The notes below the pieces were generated by a model, which made no database searches, was not told where the DNA came from, and saw only the letters and a list, made by a program, of their open reading frames with translations. From the NCBI GenBank assembly GCA_012295275.1, contig CM022678.1:16430001-16494000 (forward strand): 64,000 nucleotides of DNA, in the 5' to 3' direction. Position numbers and translations under genes: made by a program. This stretch comes from Chrysomallon squamiferum. Taxonomy: Eukaryota; Animalia; Mollusca. Shown piece after piece: positions 52,835-64,000 of this stretch (position 1 is its first letter; each line of letters begins with the position of its first letter).

Positions 52835-55800
52835 GTATGCATATGTACGTATGTGCATCCACCTGTTGTGTCTGTGCATACACTTTATAAATAAATGAGT
52901 TTTTCAATCCATAAATGAACTTTGCACACTGAACAGCACAAGTTTACTCAGTATGAGCAGTGCAGTGAAAGTCACAGATGGGCGGGTCTCACACATGATT
53001 GACATCCACTGGTTAATTATGCATGCAAATTTGAATAATTTCTTTGCTAAATGAGCAAAGCCTGTTAACTAAACTGTGGACAGTTTTCTTCCTGCAGCAT
53101 ATGTTAATGAAAATATTACTACTGGGGCTGCTAGGAGGATTAAGACGTGTGCAAAGCCCCGAAGATTAATTAACGAGTTCTGTTGTTGTGATGGGAGTCT
53201 GTGGTGTTGTTTTTGTTAACAGGCAGAAGTAACTTTTGTTATCTGTGCTAGGAGTTAACTTCTTACGAGGAAGCAGCATAAAACAATTGTGTGGATTATG
53301 AATGTTAATCTGGTCGTTAATGTGTCAGCGAGAGTCGTTTGAAGCTGGTGTTTGTTTCTGCATGGGAGAAAACAATTCAAATTCTGCTCAGTTCAGTTTC
53401 TAATCCCAGGGTGAATCAAAAATCTGATTTGAAAAACAGCACGGACTGGAATTTTGAAGATTTATTATGTTATGTAATTACTGAAAGTTGGGGCTTCAGA
53501 AGTGTGTTAAACATCAATACTGCAAGAAGCAAAGGAATATGATCTACTTTATTTAAACAGTCGGGTTTTAGAAGTAGTTTGGAATTAGGGTTTACAAGAG
53601 AATAAAAAAATAAAAAAAGTATTGAAAAATCAGTATTGGTAAATATCTTGGAAAAGGATTAATACATTAACGAAAATCAGAATTGCAAAAGATACTGGGT
53701 TAGGATTTGTTTTTAATTTTTTGATCTTCAAGTGAGATTACTTATTCTGGAAGAAAGATAAACTTTGAAATGTTATAATGTTTGTGGGTTGAAGAGTCCC
53801 CCAAAAATGTGCTTCACAAAGAAGATTTTTTTTAGTTAGTTGGTTGTAACTAGAATTTGCTTTCACAAAAGTAACTTAGTTGTTTTGTTTTAGTTACTTT
53901 TCACAAAACAGGAAAAAGCTGAACATACCTGAACACACCTGGTCATAGCTATCTCAGCTTAGTTTAAATATTTAATATGATTACTTATTTTTGTGTTACT
54001 TTTCACAAATAAGGTTGCTTATTTTTTTCTGTTAAACTTCACTAATACGGTTACTCAGTTTTGTTTTCACAAATAAGGTTACACTATCATCACTGCAGAG
54101 ATTTACATTCATAAGACATCTCTCATTTGGAAAGCCAGTTAATAATTTAAAACAAATTTTTTTTTTTTTTTCTAGTTGAATTAATAGGCACTGGTACTTT
54201 GTGTTCACCAGGATATCTGTAATATCATTTGTTAAAGTTGCCTCATCAAAACGACACATTCCAAACATCTATAAAAATATATATATATCATTAAATTCAT
54301 CAAAAACTGTTATATTCCTTGTATGAAAGTAGGTATTACTATTATCACTGAAATAGGCTGCATCTGATTCTAGACAGTATAAAAATATTTGTGATGCAAT
54401 ATATTTAATTAAGAATTGAAATAGGCTGTATGTAAACCTGTATAAAAATATTACATTTCATTATGAAATTAAGTATTAGCACTGAGCATTCTGGAATAAA
54501 TATTACCTAATATTGTTAGTGATTAAGAACTAATTAAAACAAAAATTGCATTCCATATAATGCATTAATACACTGTGATGCTTTGAACTTGTAAATTTTA
54601 AATAATACTTCAATTATATATATCAACAAACTCCTTATTATATAACACACTGGATAGGTAATACATGTAATTACAAATATCTCTTGTTACTGGTTTTTGT
54701 TTTAACCTTTAATTCTATTAACTGTTGTATTAGTTATGTAAACATAATTACAATAAGCATAGCTGTTTGTTCTTAAACTGTTCATTTTATTTGTGATGCT
54801 TCTGAGTATTCTGTCTTAATTGACAAGAGTAAAAAAAAAAGTATTTAGCAAGTCTGTTAAATTGTACAGATATTTCAGGACATCAAATTTCGTCAGTTTG
54901 TTTTGTCTGTCTGTCTGTTCAACAAGTTGTCCCTCAGTTAGGATTGTGAGGATTCTGTTCAACAAGTTGTTATACTCACTCAGTTAGGATTGTGAGGATT
55001 CTGTTGAACAAGTTGTTATACTCACTCAGTTAGGATTGTGAGGATTCTGTTGAACAAGTTGTTATACTCACTCAGTTAGGATTGTGAGGATTGTGTTGAA
55101 CAAGTTGTACTCACTCAGTTAGGATTGTGAGGATTCTGTTGAACAAGTTGTACTCACTCAGTTAGGATTGTGAGGATTCTGTTGAACAAGTTGTACTCAC
55201 TCAGTTAGGATTGTGAGGATTCTGTTTCACTCAGTTAGGATTGTGAGGATTCTGTTGAACAAGTTGTTATATTCTGTTCACTCAGTTAGGATTGTGGGGA
55301 TTTTTGTGATTTCCTCAGTTTGTCAGGAGGTCATTCATCTGAACTGAATAGTTAATAAGTTCAACAAGTGAAAATATCTCATTTAGGATTCTGTTGGATT
55401 GTTCAACAAGTTGATTATTTCAGTTAGGATTGTGGGGGATCCCTGATAACAGTTTGAATGTCATCTGTTAGAAAACTCATTTTGTTTTGTTGGAAAAAGA
55501 ACTCTGTCTGAATACAAAAACACACATCTGTATAATTTTACAATCTGTATATTTTACAAAAAGAAAAGATTATTTTTTTTTTTCAATTTTATTTTTTGTT
55601 TGTTTTTGGATTGTATGAATGTTTCAACCATTCTTTCTTAAGATTACTAATAACCAGAAAGTCAAGTGTCAACTTTCTTTGGATGTGATTTAAATATGAA
55701 ACGTCTTTATCTGTATATATATCTGTATACATACAAAATATAAATGTAACAAAAAACATTTTATCTTTTTTCATTAATTTTTTTGGGACGTTCTCTTACT

Positions 55801-58800
55801 AAAATATATATATATATTTTTTTAATCAGGAATTGTCTCAAAAACTCACTAGGCTGTCATTGCATAAGGAAAAAATACTGCATTATAAAAAAAAAAAAAA
55901 TAAAAAAATTTGTTTCCTGGTGAATTGTCAGAAGATAAATGTGTTTTCTTTCCTGGGAATACATTTTTTTTTTGTTATTATTATTCACAGGAATAAAGTC
56001 AGTATAATTTGTTATCTTGTTAGAACTGACTGATAATGCTGGAGGCTCACTGCAGAGAGCCTGGAACGTGTTACTCAAGGAACCATTCTGAAACATCTCT
56101 TTAATATTTTTGTTGTGTATTTAAGACTTTGGATTTGATAACTTTATATATCCATATATAATAGATCAATTTAATTTTTTTTTAACTTTCTTTGATTTTT
56201 ATTTTTTTCTGTCTTTTAGACTTTGGATTTGATAACTTTATATATCCATATAATAAAAGATCAGATTTCTGTTTTTTCCCTGGATTTAAGACTTTGGATT
56301 TGAAAACTACATATATAAGATCAGATTAAAAAAAAAAAAAATTATTTTTTTTTTATGAGTTTAATATTATAACCCTACTTAGAAAAGATCATATTTATTT
56401 TTTCTGAATTCAAGATTTTGGTTTGAAAACTGTGAAGGACACATTTGTTTAACACAGAATACTATCTGCTGTGTTACTTTTTAATAAAGCAAACACACAC
56501 AGGACTGATTAACACAAACATAATAAAACCTTGTAGTAGAGTGTTTTATGTTTTCTTTCTGTCACATTATTCAGTCATTGATAACCTAACAAACACCTGA
56601 CATTTTGAGCAGTAAATATAAACACTGAACAACAAAATAATAACAGTATTTGTTTTTCAATTCTTCCTTATACAGATATCACTGTAAAAGCTTATCAGTG
56701 TATTTCAAACTATGAACAACAAATGTGCAAGGTTATAAGGAACAGAAATATCTAGTTTTCAGTGATAGCAATATCTGGATTGAGCAGTATTTGGAATAGG
56801 CAATAGTTTAATTGTGCAATATTTGTTATTAGCAGTATATAAAGTAGCAGGATGTGGAAATAATATTTGTGGCTGCATGGAACATTCTGGATTTGGCTCT
56901 AAACAAAAGGACAGAAACAAGAAGTACTGAAAGATACTGGCATCAGTTTTCGTAACATTTAGATATTGTCATACAAAAATATCCACATTTGAGCTGATTT
57001 GGAAACTAGTTCATAATAATAAGAAAATAAGCTACCATAGAAAAAAAAAAGGTTTCAAAAAACAGTGAAAAAAAAGACTCTTATAAAAAGAAAAACATTT
57101 CAACAATAATAAGAATTTTTAATTTTTAATTGTTTTTTTTTTTTGAATATTCAAAAGACTTGTTACAGCAAAGTGATTTCAGAGCTGAAAAAAAATAGAG
57201 TTGATGACAATTTTCATATTGGACAACAATTTTTTTTTTTTTTTTATTCTTTTAAAACTGGATCCATATCTGTTCTCTGAATCAGATCTCCATTCTTCCA
57301 GTGACAGAATCAATTCACCAACAATTTTTAACTTCTAAGAATTTTTTTTGTTATTTCAGTTTTGAATTGGGCTATGTAAAGATGCACTTTCAGTTTTAAC
57401 AATCACAAAAAAAACCTCAACAACAACAAAATACCAACAACAAAAAAACAACAACAACAGAAGAATAAACAAAACAAAAGAAACAACACAAAGAAAATCA
57501 AGAACATTTTGACAGTCAGGCTTTACAGAAGGAAACAAATTTCTATATGAATGAGAGATTGTTGTCAAGATACCACAGTTAGTTTCCATTTGTGTTTTAA
57601 GGATAAAGTGCAGTGTGTGTAAAACTATGTTGTATGCTGTCAGCTTGCTGTTTTGTTTCATGTGACACTCTATGAGAACCTTAATAATTCAAGCAATGTT
57701 TGGTGAAAACAAATAAACAAACTATGATAGCTGGGTGGAAAGTAGTGGTTATCTTCTCCATCTTCTGCTTCCTTTCAGGTCCTGGGACATCCAAGATGGC
57801 TGCCGGAGAGGTAAGTAATAACTGAATAATTGAACAGTTTTAATTTACTGAACATTTAATTTCTAATATTTTTGTGTTTAATTTTTAAAAGTTTGTTATT
57901 TGTTTTAGAATTTAATGTATGTTTCTTACTGTGTGCATGTACTTTGTTATATTTTGATGTATTTCATTGTATTATGTTTGTTTTTTTGGTTTTGTTTTTT
58001 TAAATTGTTTATTTAATTTAAATAATTGTTTTTATTTTTATTGTTAAAATGAAGAGTATCTTTTTTCTTTGATAATTTCTTCATTCATTCTCGTTCATTC
58101 GTACTTTCATCATACATTTTTAATTAAATATAAATATAGAGCACAGAAAAAGAATTTCATTGTTATTATTATTATTTATTATTATTTTTTTTTTACTTTT
58201 TAAGGAGAATTGATAGGTTTTTTTATTTTTAATTTTAGCTTTTGAGAGTTTTAAATTTTCTAACCTTTTATAAAATGAAATAAAAAGGCTGAGTGAATGC
58301 ACTACACTTGCACAAAATATAAAAATTTGTTTCATCTTTTATTTTTGTTACATTTTTGCTGTTTCACATCGATATTCATATCACATACTTTTTTGAGTTT
58401 AGTTTATTTGTGGATGAGAATTCTTTTATGTTCTTGTATTATTGATATTGATAAAATACATGAATAAAAACTGAAACAGCTGTTGAGCCCTTGCTAGCCA
58501 AGTACCTGTTAAGATTTGAACCCACAGCTGTTGGTGTCATTTGATGATTTATGAAACTAATGACAAATGGGTTTTTAAAAAATGTTATTGTTTTGTTTTT
58601 CTCTGAATTTGTTTTTAATATGAAGTGGGAGTAAATTTATGAGTAATTTGTTGTCGGTGAATAGTTTATGTCACTAATGAAAAAAAAGAAAAAAAGAAGT
58701 AAAAATGTATTTAAAAGAAAAATTGTGAAATAAAAACAACAAAAATAAAAAAAAATGAAACAAGAACAAAAGTTTTCAAAAGAATTAAAAAAAAAAAAAA

Positions 58801-60628
58801 AAAAATAAAAAAAATAAAATAAAAAATATATAATAAAAATTAATTTATCATAAACAGAAAGATAATAAAAAGTAAAGACATAAAATTTAAAAACTTTAAT
58901 AACCATCATCATCATCATCATCATCATCATTACCACCACCATCATAAACATTGTCATTACAATAGCAATAAATATAAAAATAATAATAATAACAGAAGTA
59001 TTTAAAAAAATTCAGTTTGTAAGTAGAATAAAATAAAATTGAAAGAGAAAAAAAAAAAAAAATTCAGTTTAAATTTTAAAACAAATATTTATATAAACAG
59101 GGGAAATAAATTTAATTTAAATTTTGAAATGCTTAATTATGATATTTATGATAATAAATTATAGAAGAATGATAAAAATGAGGTAATGATGACTAGAAGG
59201 AAAGTGATTAAAAAAAAAAGCAAGACTAAAATAATATTTGACATCCTATATTTCTTAATATATTAATATAAACATAAGATGTTAATATATTTTTATTTCT
59301 ATAATGATATGGACTGAGATATACAGCAAAAACCTTTTTTTTTTTTTTTGTTGTTGTAAGAACCATTTTAGACATACTGTAACTGGTACAATCAAGGGTT
59401 GTGGTATATATCAAATCTATCTGTTTACTTGTTATAAATTGTATCAGAGTTTCTGTTAAATTATATTTGTTGAAAGAAAGTCTAAATTCAAAACAACAGT
59501 AACATTACTGAAAAAAAAAAAAAATTATGAATGTCACTATTTATGGAAAGTAAATAAATAAATAAATGAATGAAAAAAATAACAGAATAAGAAAAATTCA
59601 TTAAAAAGAAAAATTTTGATAGTTAACTAATTGTTTTCACTCACAGTCATACCATATCAAATAATTTATCTGAAATAAAACTGTTTTGTAATTGGACTTG
59701 ACAACCTTTATTATTATTAATGCTTGTTTGCTGTAACTTACTACAAGAGGTACATCTGTTGTGTGTTTAGCCATCACAGGATTAATTACAGGTAACTGAC
59801 ACCTGTAACTTAATGTAACTGTGATTTACCCCTGCAGGTATAGATAAATTATGTTTCTGGTCACCTGGGGTTAATATATTTTATGAACTAGGCAGCCATT
59901 TTGATTTGTGTTACAGGACTGAAAGTTGTTTTTAAAATTATGTAAGAAATATTATAAGAAAATAATAGTTAAAAAAAAAAGAGGTTAATTATAAATAAAT
60001 ATGTTCATAATAATAATAATAATTAAAAAGAAGAAATAATGTTATTCTTTTGTGTATGTGTGTATCTGTGCATGTGTTTCTGCATGTGCTTAGATAAATG
60101 CATTAACATTTTCATAACAAATACACATTTATTTCTTATCTAAGTATCCAAATACAAGCGATTTAAAGTTGTCACATATATTTATATATCATACACAATT
60201 TTTTTGATGTCTTATTTTTTCTTACAGATATTAAACACTGTTACAACAGTGCCTCACTCTACAACAACAGCCACAACATCAAAAAGTGAGTTTTATGTCA
60301 TTTTATTTAATTTGAATTAAATTTGCTTAAAGAATGTTTTACTGTTTTATTATTGGCATATTTTTAATTATTTTATCATTCTTGCTTGTTTCTTTCTTGG
60401 TGAAAGCACTTTCTTTCACTTTAGTTTTATATCATTCATTTGGTTTTTTGCTTTGTATATTTTTAACTTATAGACTTAGTAATTCTTTCTTTCTTTTTAG
60501 TTCTTTCTGTCATAATATATGCTCTATTGAATTAAAATCATGGTTTATTAATATTTTTATTGATTTTATAAATCTTTTATTTTTTCATTTCTTTCATTTC
60601 CATTTTTCATATTTTCTATTCTGCATAA

Positions 60629-60688
<60 letters not shown>

Positions 60689-61566
60689 CATTTTTTTCTT
60701 ATTATACCTTAATGTGCTTAATGAATCATTTATTTATTTATTTATTTGTTTGTTTATTTATTTATTTATTTTTATATTATTTATTTTTTTATTATTTATT
60801 TTTATATTATTTATTTTTATATTATTTATTTATTTATTTATTTGTTTGTTTGTTTGTTTGTTTGTTTGTTTGTTTATTTATTTATTTAGTTATTTTTATT
60901 TATTTATTTGTTTTTTTGTTTATTTACTTATTTGTTTATTTATTTATTTATTTGTTTTTCAGTCACCAAGCTGACAGTCTCTGCAGGTCAGAGTAAAGAA
61001 ATTCAGCTTCCTGTTAATTCAGTGACACTGTCAGCCTTTGCAGTTCCTGAACAAGTTACAGGTAATTATATGTTAATATAATAATAACAACTGTAACAAA
61101 AACAGTAGTAATAATAACAATAATAATAATAATAACAATAACAATAACTGACAATAATACTAATAATAACTAATAATAATAATAAAAATAATAATACTAA
61201 CAATAACAATAACTGACAATAATAATAATAACAGAATAATGATAACAATAATGATGATGATGATGATGATGATAATGATGATAATCAAAATAATGATAAT
61301 AATAATACTAATAATACTAATAATAAAAATACTAACAAACAATAATCATAATCATAAAAAAAAAAAAAAAAAAAAAGTTATATTAAATAGGTCTGTAAAA
61401 TAAGAGATCATTCAGTATATAGTAAACATTAAACAGTTATTGTGTTGTAAAGGCTTATTCATAGCTAAAGTGATGTGTTGTCTAATTTTTTAATTATAGT
61501 ACTAATGTGTGATGGGGTTATTGTAATCATATCTTTACTATTGGCTTCATGATTCTTTTAAAAATA

Positions 61567-61614
<48 letters not shown>

Positions 61615-61715
61615 ACGTGTTTATATATATACATACATACATGTATGTGTGTTAGTGTCAAAGAGAAAGATGGCAACAACAGCGACAGCAACAACAACAA
61701 CGACACTACTACTGC

Positions 61716-61747
<32 letters not shown>

Positions 61748-61954
61748 GAGAAATGTTTTCTTGCAGGAGAATCTCCGTATCATTACGAGTGGATACTTGT
61801 CCACTCTCCCGATATTCCAGAGAAAGGTACGATGGACGGGCGCAACTCCAACACTCTCAGACTGTCCAAGGTTTGTTCATTTTACTTAATACTACTACTA
61901 CTGCAACTACTACTGCTACTACTACTACTATTACTACTACTACTACTACTACTG

Positions 61955-62029
<75 letters not shown>

Positions 62030-62618
62030 GTACTACTACTACTACTACTACTACTACTGCTGCTACTACTGCTGCTGCTACTACTACTGCTACTGCTACT
62101 ACTACTGCTGCAACTACTACTACTACTACTACTGCTACTACTATGCAACTACTACTACTACTGCTACTACTGCTACTGCTACTATTACTACTACTACTAC
62201 TACTACTACTAATAATAATAATGAAAGTATTTTGCTACATTTAACATCTGATATATATATGATAGGTACAATCATAGGTGAATTCTGTAAAAGACTACCA
62301 CTACCACTACCACTAAAATAAAAAGAAAAAATAACAACAACAACAAAAAGAAAATAATTGACTGTAGTGGTGATGGTGATAATGATGATGAGGATGATTA
62401 TAAGTGTGTTTGTTCATTGTTTTAATGTAATGGTAATTATAATTGTAAAAATTATGATAATGATAATGATAAAGATCATCACTGGAATGATGTAATAATG
62501 CTATTGTTAGAAATAATAATGATTGTAAACATAATCTACTACAGATACTACTGCTACTGCTACCACTATTACTACTGTAACAACAACAACTACAGCAACT
62601 ACTGATACTACTACTCCT

Positions 62619-62652
<34 letters not shown>

Positions 62653-62929
62653 TATTTTCCTGTTGCTAACTGAAAAAAGAAAAATGTGTATATATATATA
62701 TAATAAAAATAAAATTTAACAATAAGATGATGTACTCTATTTCCTCTAATTTTCTTTTTTTTTGTCCTTACTTTAGTATTGTTGTGAAAGTACAGTTAAG
62801 AAGCTGAATGCTTACTAAAAATATTATTTTTACTTTTACAGCTAATTCAGGGACTGTATACTTTCAAGGTGAAGGTGACAGGTGATAACAAATATGGAGA
62901 AGCATTTGTCAATGTCACAGTTAAACCAC
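36836..62929 (+). CDS. KIAA0319L: KIAA0319-like / AAVR-type (dyslexia-associated protein family) receptor, 5' partial: signal peptide, MANSC, EGF-like, Thr-rich linker, PKD1; continues beyond the window
   Basis: Phase-consistent exons 36836-36944, 38046-38351, 45849-46052, 57779-57810, 60228-60285, 60963-61061, 61767-61870, 62842-62929. PKD1 sequence LTVSAGQSKEIQLPVNSVTLSAF..YHYEW..GTMDG..TLRLSKLIQGLYTFKVKVTG...GEAFVNVTVKP resembles KIAA0319/KIAA0319L. Confidence 0.9.
38046..38351 (+). CDS. KIAA0319L: KIAA0319-like MANSC/MANEC domain exon
   Basis: tttcag / GTAAGT, phase 1-1; Cys pattern CILNCCDEADCDAVFYHQSTCYQIHC..C. Confidence 0.9.
45320..45848. repeat. 69/75-bp minisatellite, ~7 copies, abutting the KIAA0319L EGF-exon acceptor
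   Basis: Unit (ttttaa)2-3 ttttctgttcagtgtacatagcatctttgacagaattttctctctagatgtgta. Confidence 0.93.
45849..46052 (+). CDS. KIAA0319L: KIAA0319-like EGF-like (6-Cys) exon (CEYGILSDCRLNEECFV...GICLCKDGFHADSNGGC)
   Basis: ttcacag / GTAGGT, phase 1-1, open frame, C.C..GF......C EGF signature. Confidence 0.85.
47715..48220. repeat. ~58-bp minisatellite, ~9 partly truncated copies
   Basis: Unit ctcttgtaaaataatgtgtgcaagcagacatagttgtgtattccattccaaactgcag. Confidence 0.92.
49170..49552. repeat. 45-bp minisatellite, ~8 copies, two interleaved variants
   Basis: tacctttagtgacagctatagcagtaataattttgacttccacta at 49261, 49306, 49351 and onward. Confidence 0.93.
49720..50985. repeat. ~58-bp tandem array, ~21-22 copies
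   Basis: Unit gagagttctgttagtaaaactgatcttgaagtcaggacagaaagataaaataacagga. Confidence 0.96.
54915..55300. repeat. ~43-46-bp minisatellite, ~8 copies (degenerate copies to ~55440)
   Basis: Unit ggattctgttgaacaagttgttatactcactcagttaggattgtga. Confidence 0.93.
57779..57810 (+). CDS. KIAA0319L: KIAA0319-like 32-nt linker exon (PGTSKMAAGE), possibly extendable to ATG 57724
   Basis: cttcctttcag acceptor, GAG|GTAAGT donor; phase 1-0 bridges the EGF exon to the phase-0 exon at 60228. Confidence 0.65.
60228..60285 (+). CDS. KIAA0319L: KIAA0319-like Thr-rich linker exon (ILNTVTTVPHSTTTATTSK)
   Basis: tttcttacag / GTGAGT, phase 0-1. Confidence 0.75.
60963..61061 (+). CDS. KIAA0319L: KIAA0319-like PKD1 exon a (TKLTVSAGQSKEIQLPVNSVTLSAFAVPEQVT)
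   Basis: tttttcag / GTAATT, phase 1-1. Confidence 0.92.
61767..61870 (+). CDS. KIAA0319L: KIAA0319-like PKD1 exon b (ESPYHYEWILVHSPDIPEKGTMDGRNSNTLRLSK)
   Basis: tcttgcag / AAG|GTTTGT, phase 1-0. Confidence 0.92.
61890..62210. repeat. (ACT/GCT)n trinucleotide microsatellite, ~320 bp
   Basis: Direct reading. Confidence 0.97.
62842..62929 (+). CDS. KIAA0319L: KIAA0319-like PKD1 exon c (LIQGLYTFKVKVTGDNKYGEAFVNVTVKP)
   Basis: ttttacag / GTATGT, phase 0-1. Confidence 0.93.
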
Positions 62930-64000
62930 GTATGTACATCTAGTAAATTATCTGTGTTAACTTTACACACACATACATCTGGTAAAACATCTATCATAAC
63001 TGTACACTTATGTTCAGCTATTACATTTTCAGTTAATGTATGTGTTAAGCTAACATAAACTATCTACTATTTTTACACAAACTATCTGTTACATTTTACA
63101 ACATAAGTATAGGTATTAAATTTTCAAGGTTGACTTTGTATGGCAACTAATTCTCTGTTGCACATACACAGAGTGTTAAGTGTACACATAGCACAGCTGG
63201 TAAATTACCTGTTTTGACTTTGTACAAGTGTGTGAAGATGTGTTCCTCTTCACTGATGGAAATAGTCCACAAATGGAGAAAAAGGAATTAATTTTCCAAG
63301 ATATCACAGGGCAACAATTGCTCTAAAAACGATGAATTAAAATTTGTGATTTATTCTTTCTTGTTTGTAAGAAGAAACTAGAAAATATTTTTCATTGCCG
63401 ACTTATAACAAATGAATTGACAAAAGCAGATTTTGGAAGATGTCATTATACAAAAATTCTGTTTGACACATTATTTTCCTGTTCCAACCACTGATCTGAA
63501 ACTGATTTATAAAAGATAGTAACATGTGTTTTCCAGTCTGAAAGAGATTTCTGCTACTCATTATTAAAACTGCTCCACTGAAAGAAATGATTACTCTTGT
63601 TGTTACCAAAAAATTCATTTGTAATATCTTTTTTTCCCATTCAAACCAGTACCTACAATCAGTTTAATAATATTGAGATTTAGCTGATGATTTACTTTAT
63701 GGGATGAAATACATATAACATTTTTTTTCTTGATTCTAATATAAAAAAAAAAATAAAAAAAATAAAATAAAATAATTAATTAAATAGACTAAAGAAAATA
63801 TTTTCTAATTTTTAATTTTTATTTTTTAGGCCCATAAAATCAGTCATTATTAAAACTGTTAGACTAACACTGTAATAATATTTATGAAACATAAATAAAT
63901 TTTGACATTTTTATTTCTGATGACAAATATATTCGCAATAAAATAAGAATAAAATGTGCCTATATTTGCAGCTGTTTTAGCAATGAAACATGATATCTTA

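Noticed and set aside
60334-60996. 220-aa hydrophobic ORF
   Set aside because: (TTA)n/(TTTA)n microsatellite translation within a KIAA0319L intron.
61549-62244. Poly-Thr / poly-Leu / poly-Ser ORFs (mucin-like, or a membrane anchor by intron retention)
   Set aside because: Produced by an (ACT)n microsatellite in an intron flanked by good splice sites that split one PKD domain.

Overview
This is AT-rich, microsatellite-laden eukaryotic (animal, probably mollusc/lophotrochozoan) genomic DNA with a 200-N scaffold gap at 947-1146. Reading splice sites and codon phases by hand gives two intron-rich genes arranged head-to-head. (1) A complete minus-strand CAMSAP/Patronin gene (microtubule minus-end regulator): 20 phase-consistent coding exons, 31620->8000, about 1677 aa, with an N-terminal CH region, coiled coils and a C-terminal CKK domain. 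(2) The 5' part of a plus-strand KIAA0319-like (AAVR-type) receptor gene: signal peptide, MANSC, an EGF-like module, Thr-rich linker and the first PKD domain, running off the window end. A weakly supported orphan gene or pseudogene lies at about 418-3623. Most supplied ORFs are microsatellite artefacts. The most unusual features: two minisatellites that duplicated real splice sites (a 51-nt donor array in CAMSAP, an acceptor array in KIAA0319L); a possible hybrid internal/first exon whose polypyrimidine tract also reads as a signal peptide; and a TIR element that holds an inverted copy of its own flank. No prokaryotic-type system (CRISPR, operon) is present.
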